Origin: Octopus vulgaris | Taxonomy: Eukaryota | Direction of reading: 5' to 3' | DNA: 64,000 bases | Assembly (NCBI GenBank): GCA_951406725.2 | Contig: OX597820.1 | Coordinates: 34,348,001-34,412,000, forward strand | Shown: positions 1 to 14,074 of the stretch, one piece after another | How the letters are laid out: every line of letters begins with the position of its first letter | How positions within the stretch are numbered: position 1 is the stretch's first letter | Notes under the pieces: generated by a model | What the model was told of the DNA's origin: nothing | Databases searched by the model: none | What the model saw: only the letters and a program-made list of their open reading frames with translations | Translations under genes and position numbers: made by a program

Positions 1-19
1 GTGTGTGTGTGTGTGTGTC

Positions 20-235
20 TTGACATCACGTGATAGTTGTAAATAATGTCACTTTCATACAAGTAGTATCCTTAATTTTCAATATTCTGCGAAAAAATGT
101 CTAGCTTTGGGGTAATATTACCTTGCTTAGAAACGAGGTGTGGGTTGGTTACTGGAAGGGCATCTTGCTGTAGTAGTTAATCTGCCTTAACAAATTTCAT
201 CCAACCCGTGTAAGCATGGAAAAGTGGATGTTATT
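20..235 (+). mobile_element. SINE-like repeat (family E) ending in ...ggaagggcatc...acccgtgtaagcatggaaaagtggatgtt plus (AAT/GAT)n tail
   Basis: Same motif order recurs in reverse orientation at ~7375-7580, 7650-7890, 9700-9900 and 51480-51705, and forward at ~14520-14990 and 28850-29000. Confidence 0.6.
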
Positions 236-266
<31 letters not shown>

Positions 267-432
267 TGATGACGACAACGATGACGTATTAGTCGTACAT
301 GTTTACACATGTATAAGTTAACATCTACATGTTTTTAGTTGATTCCATTTCCATGGTAACAGTGTCGATGTCTCCCATAAACAAAACGTCTGGCAACTAT
401 TTGATATGTTAAGACATGAAATAAAGTTCCCT

Positions 433-778
433 TATCTTTTATCTTTTACTTCTTTCAGGCATTAGACTGTGGCCATGAAGAATTTTTAGTTGAATAAATC
501 AACCCGAGTACAGTTTTTTTTTTTAAAGCCTGTGACTTATTCTATTTGTGTCTTTGGTTGAATCGTTAAGTTATGGAAACATAAAGACACCAACACTGAT
601 TGTCAAGTGGTGGTGGGACACACAGACACAATAGGCTTCTTTCAGTTTCAGTCTCCCAAATTTAGTCACATGGCTTTGGTTGACTCGAGGCTATAATAGA
701 AAACACTTCCCCAAGGTGCCATGCAGTGGGACTGAACCCTGAATCATGTGGTTAGGATGCAAGTTTCTTACCACACAG
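433..778 (-). mobile_element. tRNA-headed SINE, family A (diverged copy)
   Basis: Reverse complement matches the family A head (tgtgtggtaag...ggttcagtcccactgc..ggcaccttggg) and 3' tail (...gaaagaagtaaaagataaaagat). Confidence 0.75.
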
Positions 779-914
779 ATTTAGTTGGAAAAAAATTTTT
801 TAAAATAACAAGTGAGGGTTGGCATCAGGGAGAGCATCCATCTGTTGAATACTGTTTCAAAATGTCTCAGCCAACCCTTGCTAGCATAGGGGTGGGTGGA
901 TAGGAAATGACATC

Positions 915-1085
915 GCTGATGATGATGAGGAGGAGAAGGAGGAGGAGGTGGATGATAATGGTGATATGTTGGTGGTGGTTATGGTGACAATGGTGATGAT
1001 GATAATGGCAATGATAATTATGATGATGATGATGATTATTAAGAGAATGATAATGATGCTGATGGTGATGAAGGCAGCAATGATA
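915..1085. repeat. Degenerate (GAT/GGT/GAG)n trinucleotide tract
   Basis: Directly visible; explains ORF 881..1120. Confidence 0.9.
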
Positions 1086-2159
1086 AACAGTGTATGAACA
1101 AATATATTAATAATTCTCATTAATATCCTTTCCTGCAGACATTATCCAGTATCGTATCTCTGTAGTGATATCATCAACAAACTTAAGCCTTCTCCCATTA
1201 TAAATTTATGCTGTGGCTTTGAGAGAGGCCTCTAAGTGGTCAGTGGACATGCTAGACAAGATAGACAAACTTCCCTCAAAAATCGCACAGTGCCATCTTA
1301 AACATGCAGCACTGATTAACAATGTTATCCTAGATGGATTGCCATGGTTGGAAAAACCTTTGAATATAAGTTTGCTTGATTATATCAGACTTTGGGCTAA
1401 ACAACATCAGTGTATGTATGTATGTATATACACATATTTGTGTGTGCTTATGGGTGTCTGTATATACATATATGTATATATATGTTTGAGTGTATATGTA
1501 TATATATTTGTGTGTATGTTTATGTGTGTGTATATATATATATATATATTTGATTGTATGTGTGTGCTCCACTTCTGTATGTGTAATGTGTTAGTACTTT
1601 TTTTTATTTATCTATGGTGAATTTAATCATGTGTGTATGTTTATATGCGTGTATATGTATGTGCATGTGACTACATGCATATATGTGTGTTTATATCTGC
1701 ATTTGTATCAATGCAAATGCACACACATGCATATATATACATACACATGCATGCACATGCACACACACACTTGAATACATGCCTGTTTTTGCATGTGTGT
1801 ATATGAAGCATATATATGTATATATATGTGTGTGTGTATTGTGTCCTTATGTATGTAGCTGCTAATTAGTTGTGATTAATGCGGTATTAATAATTTCCAC
1901 TTAACATTCCCTTCTCCCATGAGATATCCCATGCTGTATCTTATTGAGATAACCCCATTATCACATACCAATCCATTTCTGAACAGGACTCCCTCCTCCC
2001 ACACATATCGCAAACAATCATACATGTCCACACATACGCATATACATACACACATAAACATATACATGTTATCTCTTTCACACACATACACACACACACA
2101 CTTTATCTTATTTGTGTAAATTTCTTTTCTCCTCTCTAATCAATGATTTTCATGATTAT

Positions 2160-2690
2160 TGGAGGTTTGTGATGACAATGGTGGTGGTGGTGGTAGTGGT
2201 GGTGATGGCGGTTATGATGATGTGTATGGTGATCATGATGGCTGTGATAATGATACCAATGGTTGTGGTGGTTGTGGTATTGGTAGTGGTGGTTGGGTAG
2301 TAATAATGATGGCTGCAGTGGTGGGTTGTGCTGGTGGTGAAAGTAAAGGCAACATTTGTTGCAGTAGTTGTGGTTGGTGTAGCAGTGGTTGTAGTAATGA
2401 TAGTGATGGTCGTATTAGTGGTGTCAATGGTCTTGGAGGTTGTAGTATTGGCGGTAGTTACAATGATGATAGTAATGATGGTGCTAGCAGTAGGAATACT
2501 TTTGACAGTAGTAGTGGAGGGAGGAGGGACATTGTAATGAATGATAATGACCGCAGTGGTGGTGGTTGTGGTGATAATAGTGATGATGATGGTGATGGTG
2601 GTGAACGTTTGTAGTAATGGTCACAATGATGGCCGGTGGTTGTAGTGGCAGTTGTGATGGTAGCAATGATGATGATGATGATGATAGACA
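2160..2690. repeat. Degenerate (GGT/GAT/AGT)n low-complexity tract
   Basis: Directly visible; gives overlapping Gly/Asp/Val/His-rich ORFs in several frames. Confidence 0.9.
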
Positions 2691-3257
2691 TTGCTGGTGG
2701 TCAAGGCTGTTTAGACAGAGGGCAGCCATGACAGTTGTGGTAGCAAAGGAGACTTTTGAAGTAAATCAAAATGAAATGGAACAGATTAAGGAGCTTCCCC
2801 ACCCATTCTCTTTCTCTCTACTCCCCTCCTACTACTTCCTCTTTTCCTCCTCCCCTCTTTCCTCCTATCTCAAATTGAAACTAAAAACAACAAAACAAAA
2901 ACAAAACAGTTTAAGTCTTCCCAGAATTCCTTTCAATAGTCAGGTGAAAAAGTAAAATAAAAGAAAAAAGAGAAAGAAAAGAAAAATACTTGACTTTGTC
3001 TCTTTAAGGCAACGAATGGCGTCACAGTGTCTGAAGCACATATATATGATTATTTGGCCTCTTGGCAGGACCAATTTGTGATGTGTTTGCCACAAAAGAT
3101 CTACAATTGGTTTGAGAAATACATCAAGAATTTTGTTTCTTACATCAATATGGATTTAGTGTAGTATGTCTTGGAAAACTTAGATGAAAACATTGAAGAA
3201 TTTTTGAATTCGTGGGGGGGGTGGGGCATTTCAAGAGAGGTGCTGTTGTGGCCTTCT

Positions 3258-4255
3258 AGGCACAGACATGGCAGTGTGGTAAGAAGTTTGCTTCTCACCG
3301 ACATGGTCCCACTGTATGGTACCTTGGGCAAGTGTCTTCTTCTATAACCCCAGACTGACCAAAGCCTTGTGAGTGGATTTTGAAGAGAAAAACTAAAAGA
3401 AGCCCATCATGTACACACACACACATATAATATTAGGGAATATAACTCCAAACTTACAAGGAAAAATTCAATTTAGAATTAAATCAAATTTCACAATATA
3501 AATATATGATATATAAATTAGAGAAAAACCACTATTATGTAATTCAAACAATGATAGACATAAACCAAATCATAAATAAAAAATAAAATATATTTAAGAC
3601 ATATAACTAGATTTCATTTTTGTACTTTTTGTGATCTAGTTATGTTTTAAAATATATTTTATTTTTTATTTATGATTTTAGTTTAGGTCTATCATTGTTT
3701 GAATTGCATAATAATGGTTTTTCTCTAATATATATATATGTATATAATTTCATCAAGTTGACCTGCTAATCCCTACAGATCTTTTTTCTCTCTCTGTTTT
3801 TATTTCATTCTGACTCCTTTCTGTTTAAAAGACATAGGCTCAAAACTTAGAAGGCTTTTCCATTCTTCCTAAGGGTCAAACTAATACACCTGTTTGTTGT
3901 TCCCTCACCTGTCTTCATCTTGTTTTCTGTAAATTTGAACTATATGTATATATGCGCTCGTGCACGTGCGCGTACACACACACACACACACACATTTGTT
4001 TATATATATGTATGTGCATCATTGTGTTTCTGTTAGCCCCATCCACACACACTGTTTTGACAGCCAGTTTTGGTTTAAATATTTATTTATGTCCTTTAAC
4101 TTAGTAGTTCTGCAAAAGAAACTGATAGAACCAGTACATTAAAAAATAAAAAAAAGTACTGGTGCTGATTTGTTTGACTAAAAAACCTTTTTTCAGGGTG
4201 GTGCCCCAGCATGACCTGCAGTTCAGTGACTGAAACAAGTAAAAAAATAAAAGAC
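3258..4255 (+). mobile_element. Family A SINE split by inserts in its internal microsatellite
   Basis: Head at 3258-3412 and tail at ~4020-4255, with a fold-back element and a hammerhead-like repeat between them. Confidence 0.65.
3517..3729. repeat. Fold-back inverted repeat, ~95-bp arms, ~21-bp loop
   Basis: attagagaaaaaccactattatg...ataactagat pairs with atctagttat...cataataatggtttttctctaat. Confidence 0.9.
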
Positions 4256-4754
4256 AATAAATAAATGCTATGTGAAAATGCTATATCAATATTCTACAGA
4301 CCGAAGTGTTACTCTTGTCTAGAATTAGCCCATGGCTATCTTCATTGGTAACCATTGGAAGTATGTATTAACAGTTGTAGCTATGCATTAGTTCTATGTG
4401 CCTATTACAAAAGTAATGGAGACTGTTTTTATAAACAACTATATAGGCACAGGTGGGGGTTATGTGGTTAAGAAGCTTGCTTACCAACCAAATGGTTTTG
4501 GGTTCAGTCCCACTGTACAACACCTTAGGATAGTGTCTTGTACTATAGCTTCAGTCTGATTAATGCCATGTAACAGAATTTTGTAGGTGAAATCTGCAGA
4601 AAACCCATTTTGTGTATCATCATCATGTAAGATCCACCTTCCATGCTGGCATGGGTTGGATGGTTTGACTGAAGCTGGTCAGACAGAAAACTGCACTACA
4701 CTCCTATGTCAGTTTTGGCACAGTTTTCAAAAGACAGATCGGTAGTCACTACAC

Positions 4755-4914
4755 CCATTTTTTTCTCACTTTGTTTTTTTTTCTGTGTCCCTTTCTGTAG
4801 AAGAGTGTAGGCTTGAAATGTAAAAGACTTTTTCAATTCCTGAGCGTTATACTAATACATCTGTTTGTTTTGTACACCACCTGTCTTCGTCTTTTGTTTT
4901 TTCGTGACCTCTCC

Positions 4915-4918
<4 letters not shown>
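4755..4918 (+). mobile_element. Penelope-like short repeat carrying a decayed minimal hammerhead motif (4790-4827)
   Basis: CCTTT-CTGTAGA-A-GAGT-GTAG-GCTT-GAAA-TGTA-AAAGA; differs from the 61921 copy mainly by CpG->TpG changes; third copy at ~3780-3940. Confidence 0.55.
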
Positions 4919-4972
<54 letters not shown>

Positions 4973-5765
4973 ACGTCTTTATGGTCTGTGTTTGTCTCCA
5001 ACTATCACTTGACAACTGGTGTTGGTGTGTTCATGACCTCATAATTTAGCGGTTCAGCAAAAAGAGATTGATAGAATAAGTACTAGGCTTTAAAAAAACA
5101 AAAAAAATCAAAGTGCTGGCATCAGTTTGTTCAACTAAAATCTCCAGTGTGGCCACAATCAAATGACTGAAACAAGTAAAAGATAATAATAATAATAATA
5201 ATAATAATGGTAATTTATGATAATAACAATAATCTCGTTTATTGGCTATGAGGGCCCTAGACATGGAAGACAATATCAAGGGAAGAAACACAACATACAA
5301 AACAGGTGGGATTTACATTGATCAAGGGGGACACTACACATTAAAAGATATAAGAAAAGGATGTATATATGTGTTTGTGTGTGTGTGTATGTATGTGTGT
5401 GTGTGTGTATGTATATAAAAATTAGAAAAATAAATATTTAATAAAATAGTATCCCTAATAATGGGGTAGTCCACTTATTTCAGAGTAAACCTCACACAAA
5501 ATGTCCCAGATGATTTTGCTGTCCCCAAGGCATGGGAAGTGATGTCTTCCAGTTTTTTACCTTGATTTGTCCTTTTCTGGATACAGCCTAGGATGTATGT
5601 GTGGGGCTGCAACACCATTCCAGAACTGAAAGCAATATTTCATTGTTGTCCTCACCTGAGTTTTGTTAAATATCAAAAATTCTTGGGAGCTGAAGTATCT
5701 AAAACCCAAAGATGTTAAGATATTGGTGTGTATAACAGCAGTACTATCTCAGGCCCCAGTATGTT

Positions 5766-5802
<37 letters not shown>

Positions 5803-6603
5803 GTAACAGTATCATCTCAAGGTCAGCCCCAGGATGTATGTGTCTGTTGCAACAATACCTTCTCAGGTATGTGATTCATATTCCAATTTTGGTCTCGCAG
5901 AAGGGTGAGCCATATGCGAGGGACTAATGTAGTTTCTGTCCTTAAAGAGAAGTCCTAACCTGCCTCTCCTCTATAACTCAGTGCGACGCTTCCATATACA
6001 AGAACTAGAGAGGGATGCCTCTGTATAGTTGCTCACCCTGCTAAAAATACCAGCAAAATCTATTTCTTTCTCGCCGCATAAATCCATCTAAGAAAATAAC
6101 ACATTGGCTAATACCACTCTGGCTTCCCTCCATGTAAAGAAAAATGAAATGGTCATACACACACATGTACCTACCCACATATGTACATATACACATATAC
6201 ATGTATACTCACACACACACATGTTAATATCGAACAATGAGAATGAGTGTTCCTTTTTCTTTCCATGTTTTAATCTAAAATGGAGATCAACACTGATGTT
6301 CCATGTAATATACTTGATAATTGTTGAGGGACTTCCCTTTACATGAAACCAATAGTAGCCTAGGCCCATAAATAAGATAACACACATGCACACACACACT
6401 CGCACATGTACATGCAGAAGTGTGCATGTATATACCCTACAGGCCTTAAACTACTTAGAATTATATAATTACAAGCTGGGATAATACAATAGATATAACC
6501 TGTGCACTGTTTTCCCTTTTGTTCATTTGTCAGCTCTATATTAGCTGCACGTGTATATGTGTGTATGTATGTCTCTCTCTGTATGAATGTGGCTCTGTAT
6601 AGG

Positions 6604-6641
<38 letters not shown>

Positions 6642-7309
6642 GTTGCATGGAGTGCTGTATCACCATCACCATCATTATCATCTCATATGCACCCCAACCA
6701 TCCTTTCTCTTCTTTTATCCCTATTCTCTCTCTGTACCTTGAGGGCAGTGCCTCTCAATCTCTCTCTCTTTCTCTCTGACTGGGATCTTCTCAGTAAGGC
6801 ACCTGCCTCTCTATCATACTTTCACTTTCCTTAATCCTGTACACTGTATGTGTATGTGATTATGTATGTGTGCCTGTGTGTGTACAATATAATAGTATCT
6901 GATACACATTGCATTTATGGATTAACAAGTATTGTTGCTGTTTATCTTGTTTGTCATTCCAGCATCATTAGAAGACATGATGGCATCTTGATGATTATAG
7001 AATGTGTGTGTGTATGGAAACACACACACACACATGCATGTATCTAACTATCTATCGATTTATCCATCCATCCATCTGTATATAATCGTATATATATATA
7101 TATATATAAATTTATGTATCTATCTAGGTGCAATATAATTCCATAAAAGCATCACTAAATGTGACAAAGGGTGCTGACACACCTACATTGCTAGAAATAG
7201 GAGTAAAATGCTCCTTGTGCTGTAGAAAGAGCACAAATGTATACACATACTTTGATAGGGGAGGAAAACCATCCCATGACTAAATCAAGAATCTCTTAGA
7301 CTACATAAA

Positions 7310-7356
<47 letters not shown>

Positions 7357-7947
7357 GTATGTATATAAAATCATCATCATCAGTTTAATGTCTGTTTTTT
7401 TCCCAGCTGGAGGAAGTTTTTTGAGGCAAATTTCCAGTGGCGTCACCGACCCTCACTTGTTTCCAAGTAGGGTATTATTTCCCCATGGCCAGACCTGTTT
7501 CCATAGAATATCTGTAATGAACGACACTGCTTTTATGACTGTGACACTCATTTACAACTACCACATGATGACAGGACAAGTACATTCACACATGTGCACG
7601 CATACACATATGCACACATGCACACTCACATGTATGCATCACCGTCATTGTGTTTAACATCCAGTGTCCCATGCTTCTAGAGATCAAATGGAGTTTATTG
7701 AAGCTGATTTTTTTTTTACATCTTGATGTTCTTTCTATCACTAACCCACATCTGTTTCCAAATAAGTTAAATTTTTCCCCATGACCAGACGGGACCGGAC
7801 CGGACCAGACATGTTTTCATGGAAGATTGCAAAGAAATGACAACACTTGTATGATGAAGATAGTTGATAACAATTGGCTGATGTCAGGACAAGGAGAGAC
7901 ACATACATGTATATGCACATACACACTTAATATGTGTGTGTGTGTGA

Positions 7948-7996
<49 letters not shown>

Positions 7997-7998
<2 letters not shown>

Positions 7999-8231
7999 AG
8001 GGGGTGCTGAAAAGTTCCTAGCTTTAAGGGTGTTGCGGAAGGTCTGGTTTGAGACCCAACCTTCTGAGTTCTTTTCCAGGTTCTTTTACAGGGCTTAGAA
8101 AAACTGAAGGACCACTGCAGTGTGTGTGTGTGTATGAATGTTAGAGGGGAATATATTGAATAATACCATAATTAACTGATTCTCCTGTATTTTCTTGTAC
8201 CCAAAGCCAGGAATTTTCCAGCACCCCTCTC
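7997..8231. mobile_element. Tc1/mariner-type MITE
   Basis: Terminal inverted repeats aagggggtgctgaaaagttcctagcttt ... aaagccaggaattttccagcacccct, in a TA/CA-rich context. Confidence 0.75.
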
Positions 8232-8392
8232 ATATACATCAAAACAGAAAGTTTACTAGATTGCAATACTGGAATAAACAAATGTAATTTCAAAAGGACA
8301 CAGCTTGGATTTTACTCTGCCCACAAATTATATACATACATATATACACACACACATTACATTCACCTGTATGCATGCACAGACATATATAT

Positions 8393-8533
8393 AATTTATA
8401 AACAAGGACAAAAGAAAAAATATTTCTATGCTAATATAGATTGTATATTGTAATGTGGGGATTGACGATTTAAAGTCTATTCTCAGCATATTGGCATAAA
8501 AATATTTTTTTCTTTTGCCCTTGTTTATAAATT
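8393..8533. repeat. Fold-back inverted repeat, ~45-bp arms
   Basis: aatttataaacaaggacaaaagaaaaaatatttctatgctaatat pairs with atattggcataaaaatatttttttcttttgcccttgtttataaatt. Confidence 0.85.
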
Positions 8534-8580
8534 GTTTATAATTTTCAGCTTTAAAGGTATTTTAATATGCTGTCACTTTT

Positions 8581-8624
<44 letters not shown>

Positions 8625-9337
8625 AGCCTTCTTTCAATTTCCATCTTCTAAATTCACTCACAAAGCTTTGCTTGGCCTGGAACTATAATAGACGACACAT
8701 GCCCAGTGCCCAAGATGTTGTGCAGTGGCATTGAATTTGAAACTATGTAGTTGGGAAGTGAGCTTCTTAACCATTCAGCCACATGTAGATATTTATATGA
8801 GGAAATGCTTAAACTGAAGGACTTCACACCATCCCTTTATTGAAACAGGCTTTTCTCAAACTCTGACTTCCTTATTCTCTAGTACTTCTCTAGGTACTTT
8901 CTCTGTCCTTATCTTAGATCTAAAAGTTCTTTTTTTTTCTACCGCACTCCCTCTGTCCACACCCCACTTAACTGTCTGAGGGCTGAGAGAAGTGTGAGGT
9001 GGCTCACTTCACACTCCTTCCTCCTTGCTGACTCTAATAGTACTTATCTACTTGATTATTAGGGTATCCTCATAGCTAGAGTGAGGTCATGAACTACTCC
9101 TCCCCCTCTGTCCTGTCCGTCTTTGCGGTTATGTATTATTAGCATTTTGGAAGGCAAGTGACCTCGTGGTTAATCTCTTGGACTCAGAATTATCACATTT
9201 CAGGTTCAATTGCCAAACTGGGTTGTTTGTATATCGGGTCTTTTGTACAAGACATTTTGTGTTGCTGCAGTTGAATTGGTATCATTGTTAGAGCATTGAA
9301 CAAAATGTCTTACAGTGTTTGTTTTGACTCACTCAGC

Positions 9338-9475
9338 CAGTGGTTCTCAACTGGGGTCCTTATGACCTTTGGGGGTCCATGAAAGATTTTGTTGTTAAAA
9401 TTTATGTGCAGTAAGTTTTACTTCTACAATACACAAAATGTTTTAACAATTTTTTAAATACAATTCCTAATAATG
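9338..9475 (+). mobile_element. hAT-type MITE, 5' end only
   Basis: cagtggttctcaac-tggggtcc...ggggtccatga terminus, similar to the ends of the 13001-14228 element. Confidence 0.55.
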
Positions 9476-11171
9476 ATTTCTAAATTTGGCTCAAGGCCAG
9501 CAAGCTTGAGGGAGATTTAAGTCCATTACATTGATCTCTGTTCAACTGGTACTTATTTGATCAATCTTGGTGGAAAATAGAATTTCACTTAACTGAAAAT
9601 AGAATTTCATCTGCTGTAGAATATTGCCATGTAGATATTAGCCCAAATTCTTGCAAATTTAACATGTTGCAACATATTAGATTATCATCAATAGCATTAT
9701 TTTAATGTCCACTTTTCCATGCTTGCATGAGTCAGATGGAATTTGTTGAGGCAGATTTTCTACAGCTGGATGCCCTTCATGTTGCTAACCTCCACCTGTT
9801 TTTAAGTAAGATAATATTTGCCCATGACAAGGTGTATTTTCACAGAAGATTGGAATTGAAGGACACCACTTGCATGATGGTGACATTACAGCTATCACAA
9901 GGAGATAGTAACATATGTGCACACACATGTGTATACATACATATATGACAAGCTTCTTTCAGTTTCCACCTACCAAATCCATTCACAAGACTTTGGTTGG
10001 CCTGGGACTATGGAAGAAGCCACTTGTCCATGGTACCATGTAGAGGGACTAAACTTGAAACCATGTGGTTGGGAAGCAAACTTCTTACCACATGGCCACA
10101 TTTGTGCTTGTACCATGCCTTCACCTATCAAACATTGTTGGTGCCATCACTGAAAACTGGGTCTTTGGATATTGTTTTTGTCAAGGACCCCTCCCCATTT
10201 TTGTTTTCTTATTGGCTTCAGTCATTGGGATGTGGCCATGCTAGGGGTACCGCCTTCAAGGGTTTATAGTTGATCACTTATTTTATTGATCTGTGTTTGA
10301 TGAACTGCTAAATGATAGGACATAATGGAATATAACTTAAGCACAACACTGGTTTTAACAAACCAGTATAAACATAAATGTGGATGCAGATGGACACACA
10401 TGGGTGTATGTGTTTTCGTGTGTGTGTGTGTTTGTGTGTGTGTGTGTAAGTGCAGTATAGCTGAATGGGTGAAAAATTTACTTTGCAATCATGGTGTCTC
10501 TGGTTCAGTCCTACACCATAGCACCTTTGACAAATGTTATTTTCTATTACCGTGGGTTAGCCTGGTAGATGAAAATTGTATAGAAGTTCATCAGGTGCAG
10601 TGTACTCGTAATTTAAAAGTACAACTTTGTTACACACTGTTACACTGATTCTGCCTGAGAATTTAAGTTAAGGGTACACATGTTTGTGGAATACTCGGCC
10701 ACTTATGTGTTACACGAGGAGTAGGTAATTTAGTTGATCAAACAACTGAAACCTCATAATCAAAGAATAAAGTTTCACCTTTGTGTGTTTGTGTATTATC
10801 ATTATCATTATTTAACATCCATTTTCCGTGCTGGCATAGGTTGGATAGTTGACAGGAGCTGGCAGGCCAGAGGACTGCACCAGACTTTACTGTCTGTTTT
10901 GGCAGAGGCTTTATGGTTGGATGCCTTTCCTAACACCAACTACCTTACTGAGTGGACTATATATATATATAAGTTAGAATGTTATAATACATATATATAT
11001 ATATATATATGTGTACACATACATACATACATATGCACACATATATGTGTATAAAAGGTTGAATGTAAATTCATCCCTTAATTGGAGTGGTTTCCCAAAA
11101 GATTTCTGACGTTGATTCTTCATACTTTTTGATATGAAAAGTAGTATTAGAATATTAAGTGTATGATTAAT

Positions 11172-11521
11172 TTATGAAATGAAGTTCTACAAATCCAATC
11201 ATATTTGTCAAAAATGGAGGCGATAAGATGTTAAAAAGTTGTAAGAAGTTGTGGTTTAATAATTAACATGACTCCCATCACTATTATACATAGAAAGGAA
11301 CAGATAAATATGAAACTCATAAATCCAGCTTCTCTGCTTTTTTTAAAGTTCCTAGTATTTTTTCTCTGTACTGATGAGTACTATGATAATTTCCAAATTC
11401 AAATATGAATATCTATGTATGAAACAGTTGTATGCATGAATAAACTTCTTACAACTTTTTAACATCTTATCTCCTCCATTTTTGATAAATATGATTGGAT
11501 TTGTATAACTTCATTCCATAA
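11172..11521. repeat. Fold-back element, ~80-bp arms around a ~190-bp spacer (Penelope-like remnant)
   Basis: 11172-11250 is the reverse complement of 11443-11521; the spacer holds a hammerhead motif followed by AATAAA. Confidence 0.85.
11367..11436 (+). ncRNA. Type I hammerhead ribozyme motif (slightly decayed)
   Basis: TGTA-CTGATGA-GTAC...GTAT-GAAA-CAGTTG-TA-TGCA: canonical core, stem II, near-palindromic stem III (ACAGTTGT), GUA triplet, stem I TGTA/TGCA. Confidence 0.6.
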
Positions 11522-12287
11522 TCACAATTTTCATCATGTTTTGATGTCCATGCTGGATCTGAGGACTGTATTGTACTCCAGTGTCTGCTTTGTCATGTTT
11601 TCTATGCCTGGATATCTTTTTTTGTGACAACAGCATTAATGAAATTGGCATGCAACTCACAAGACTAGGTTCCCCTTCAACTTAGTGAGGTTACAGTAGA
11701 GAAGGAGACAGCTTTATGCTAAGAGAAGAGAGGTTGAAGTATCAAAGAAGGGGCCAGAACAAGTTTGTTGCAGTAAAGGAATTACATGGGTACTCATATT
11801 ATACACACACACACACATATATACGTGTGTGTGTGTGTGTGTAGTGTCAGTGGTAGAAGTTTGCTTCCCACTATATGGTTCCAGGTTCAGTTCCACTGCA
11901 AAGCACCTTGGATAAGTGTCTTCTACTATAGCTCCAGGCCAGCCAAAGCCTTGTCAGTGGGTTTAGTAGATGGAATCTAAAAGAAACCCATCACGTGTGG
12001 GTGTGTGGGTGTGAGCATATGTGTGTGTGTGTGTGTGTGCCACCGCTGCCACCACCGTTTGACAACAATGTTTTGTTTCTGTCCGTGTAACTTACCAGTT
12101 TAGCTTAAGAGACTAAAACAATATGTACCGGTCTTAAAAAAAGCTAAACTATCGTCTTCTCACTTCTATGTTGAGTATATTTGGTATGTAGTTTGTGTGT
12201 GTGTACATATATATTTATACACTCACACACACATACATACACACATAGATATATACATGTCTTTCTGTTTCTATCTCTAATTCTTAC

Positions 12288-12328
<41 letters not shown>

Positions 12329-12581
12329 GCACACACATAATATGTGTGTAATCTGCTAGCTTGCCAAGTCTGCAAAACAAGTTCACTTCCCTGTTGTAAC
12401 TATTTGACTTATCCTGCTAATAACCTTTGTCAAAGGCATGAATGTCACCAGTTCTCTCCTTTCATTCTCTGAAGACAAAAGAACAACTGATTTCTCTGTT
12501 AAATAATTTTACAGAGCAGTGTGTGTGACAAGAATATATATTCATCATATGCATGTTTTATATACGTACATACATTATATT

Positions 12582-12633
<52 letters not shown>

Positions 12634-13210
12634 TACACACACACATATATCTTATATATAGTCATAGGTCTACCTTAGTTCTTAAGCTAGGACAACCTTC
12701 AGATATGTAACATAGGTAAAGTGTTTGAAGGAAGAATGTTTGTAAGCTAATTTATATATTTGTGATGTACATCCTTTTTCTTTAATATGATTCTGAACTT
12801 CAAACTGTTAGAGAGTTAGAGCATGCTTAGGTGTTTATTCATTATTCACAAGAAATAAGGTAGGAAAACTATAAACTTTTACTTATTTACTTAACATATT
12901 CTGAACCTCAAAAATAAGTTATTTTTTAAAAAGTGGAATTGAGGCATAAGCAAAATATATTTGAATTAAAATACCTTCCCACTTGTGTTACAGTGTAGGT
13001 AAGCGTTTCTCAACCGGGGTTCCCCAGAACCCTGGAGTTCCATGAGAAAGAATGAGATAATCTTATGCTAATTTTATGATTGTAGTATTTACTATACATG
13101 CACAACATACTATTGGTTATTGTAATATAGACATCCTATATTGTGTTATAAAAAAAAATATAACCTATTATAATACCTATTATGTTATAAAAAAAAATAT
13201 AACAACCATT

Positions 13211-13258
<48 letters not shown>

Positions 13259-13274
13259 ATGTGTGTGTGTGTGT

Positions 13275-13528
13275 GGAGGTGCGTGGCTTAGTGGTTAGGG
13301 CGTCAGCATCATGATCGTAAGATTGTGGTTTCGATTCCTGGACCGGGCGACGCATTGTGTTCTTGAGCAAAACACTTCATTTCACATTGCTCCAGTCCAC
13401 TCAGCTGGCAAAAATGAGTAACGCTGCGATGGACTGGGGTCCCATCCAGCTGGGGGACACATATGCCATAGAAACTGGGAAACCGAGCCCACGAACCTGG
13501 CTAGGCTTTAAAAGGGCGCATTTATTTT

Positions 13529-13530
<2 letters not shown>
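13275..13530 (+). mobile_element. tRNA-headed SINE, family B, tail 1
   Basis: A-box TGGCTTAGTGG, B-box GGTTTCGATTCC, central gtgttcttgagcaaaacacttcatttcac; related copies at 21117-21366 (-) and 50183-50438 (-). Confidence 0.85.
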
Positions 13531-13566
<36 letters not shown>

Positions 13567-14074
13567 CTAGCAGTATCGCCCGGCGTTGCTCGGGTTTGTA
13601 AGGGAAATAACTATATAAGCATTTTTAGAGAGTTACTTCCCTTATAAATTCGGGCTTTCTTAGCCATTTTTGTTTTGGTGTCTTCAAGCCATGAAGTCGT
13701 TGTTCTAAAAGAACGCTGGTTTCCTTCACAACGCGCATTACGACGTTGATTTCTTTACACTCCCTTCCCCACAGCTTCACGAGGGAGGGAAGGGGGAGAA
13801 GCAAACAGGTGCAGCTGTGAGCGTGGACGCCAACTCCGCCGCCATCGACACACGATGCATTTTATGCATTAAAATGGAATAAAAAATGATGTTAAATTAT
13901 TTTTAAAATCGTAGACTCATCGTTGACGCGCGCTAATAGTCAGACGGGCTCGATATGAATCACGACTATAAGATACCCGAATTTGGTTAAACTGCACTGC
14001 AAAATGTGGGAGGAGTTAGGAATCTAAATCGAAGGAGACAGACACTCACACAACTAGAGTTTTATATATATAGA
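13567..14074 (-). mobile_element. Non-autonomous Helitron
   Basis: On the minus strand it starts TC(TATATATA...) and ends CCCGAGCAACGCCGGG hairpin + cgatactg-CTAG; inserted between A and T with no TSD. Confidence 0.8.

Noticed and set aside
2159-2955. Gly/Asp/Ser-rich ORF resembling a structural or biomineral protein
   Set aside because: Degenerate trinucleotide tract open in several frames on both strands, with no splice or signal-peptide support
5480-5680. Possible C-terminus of a restriction-like-endonuclease LINE on the minus strand
   Set aside because: The translation (EDITSHALGDSKIIWDILC) is only vaguely similar and cannot be supported by eye
8860-9130. Possible LINE remnant (minus-strand RKDGQDRGGGVV, like an AP-endonuclease motif)
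   Set aside because: A single short motif with no continuous frame; too weak to call without a search
13278-13350. tRNA genes at SINE heads (A and B boxes)
   Set aside because: They run directly into repeated SINE bodies, and I could not fold a complete cloverleaf
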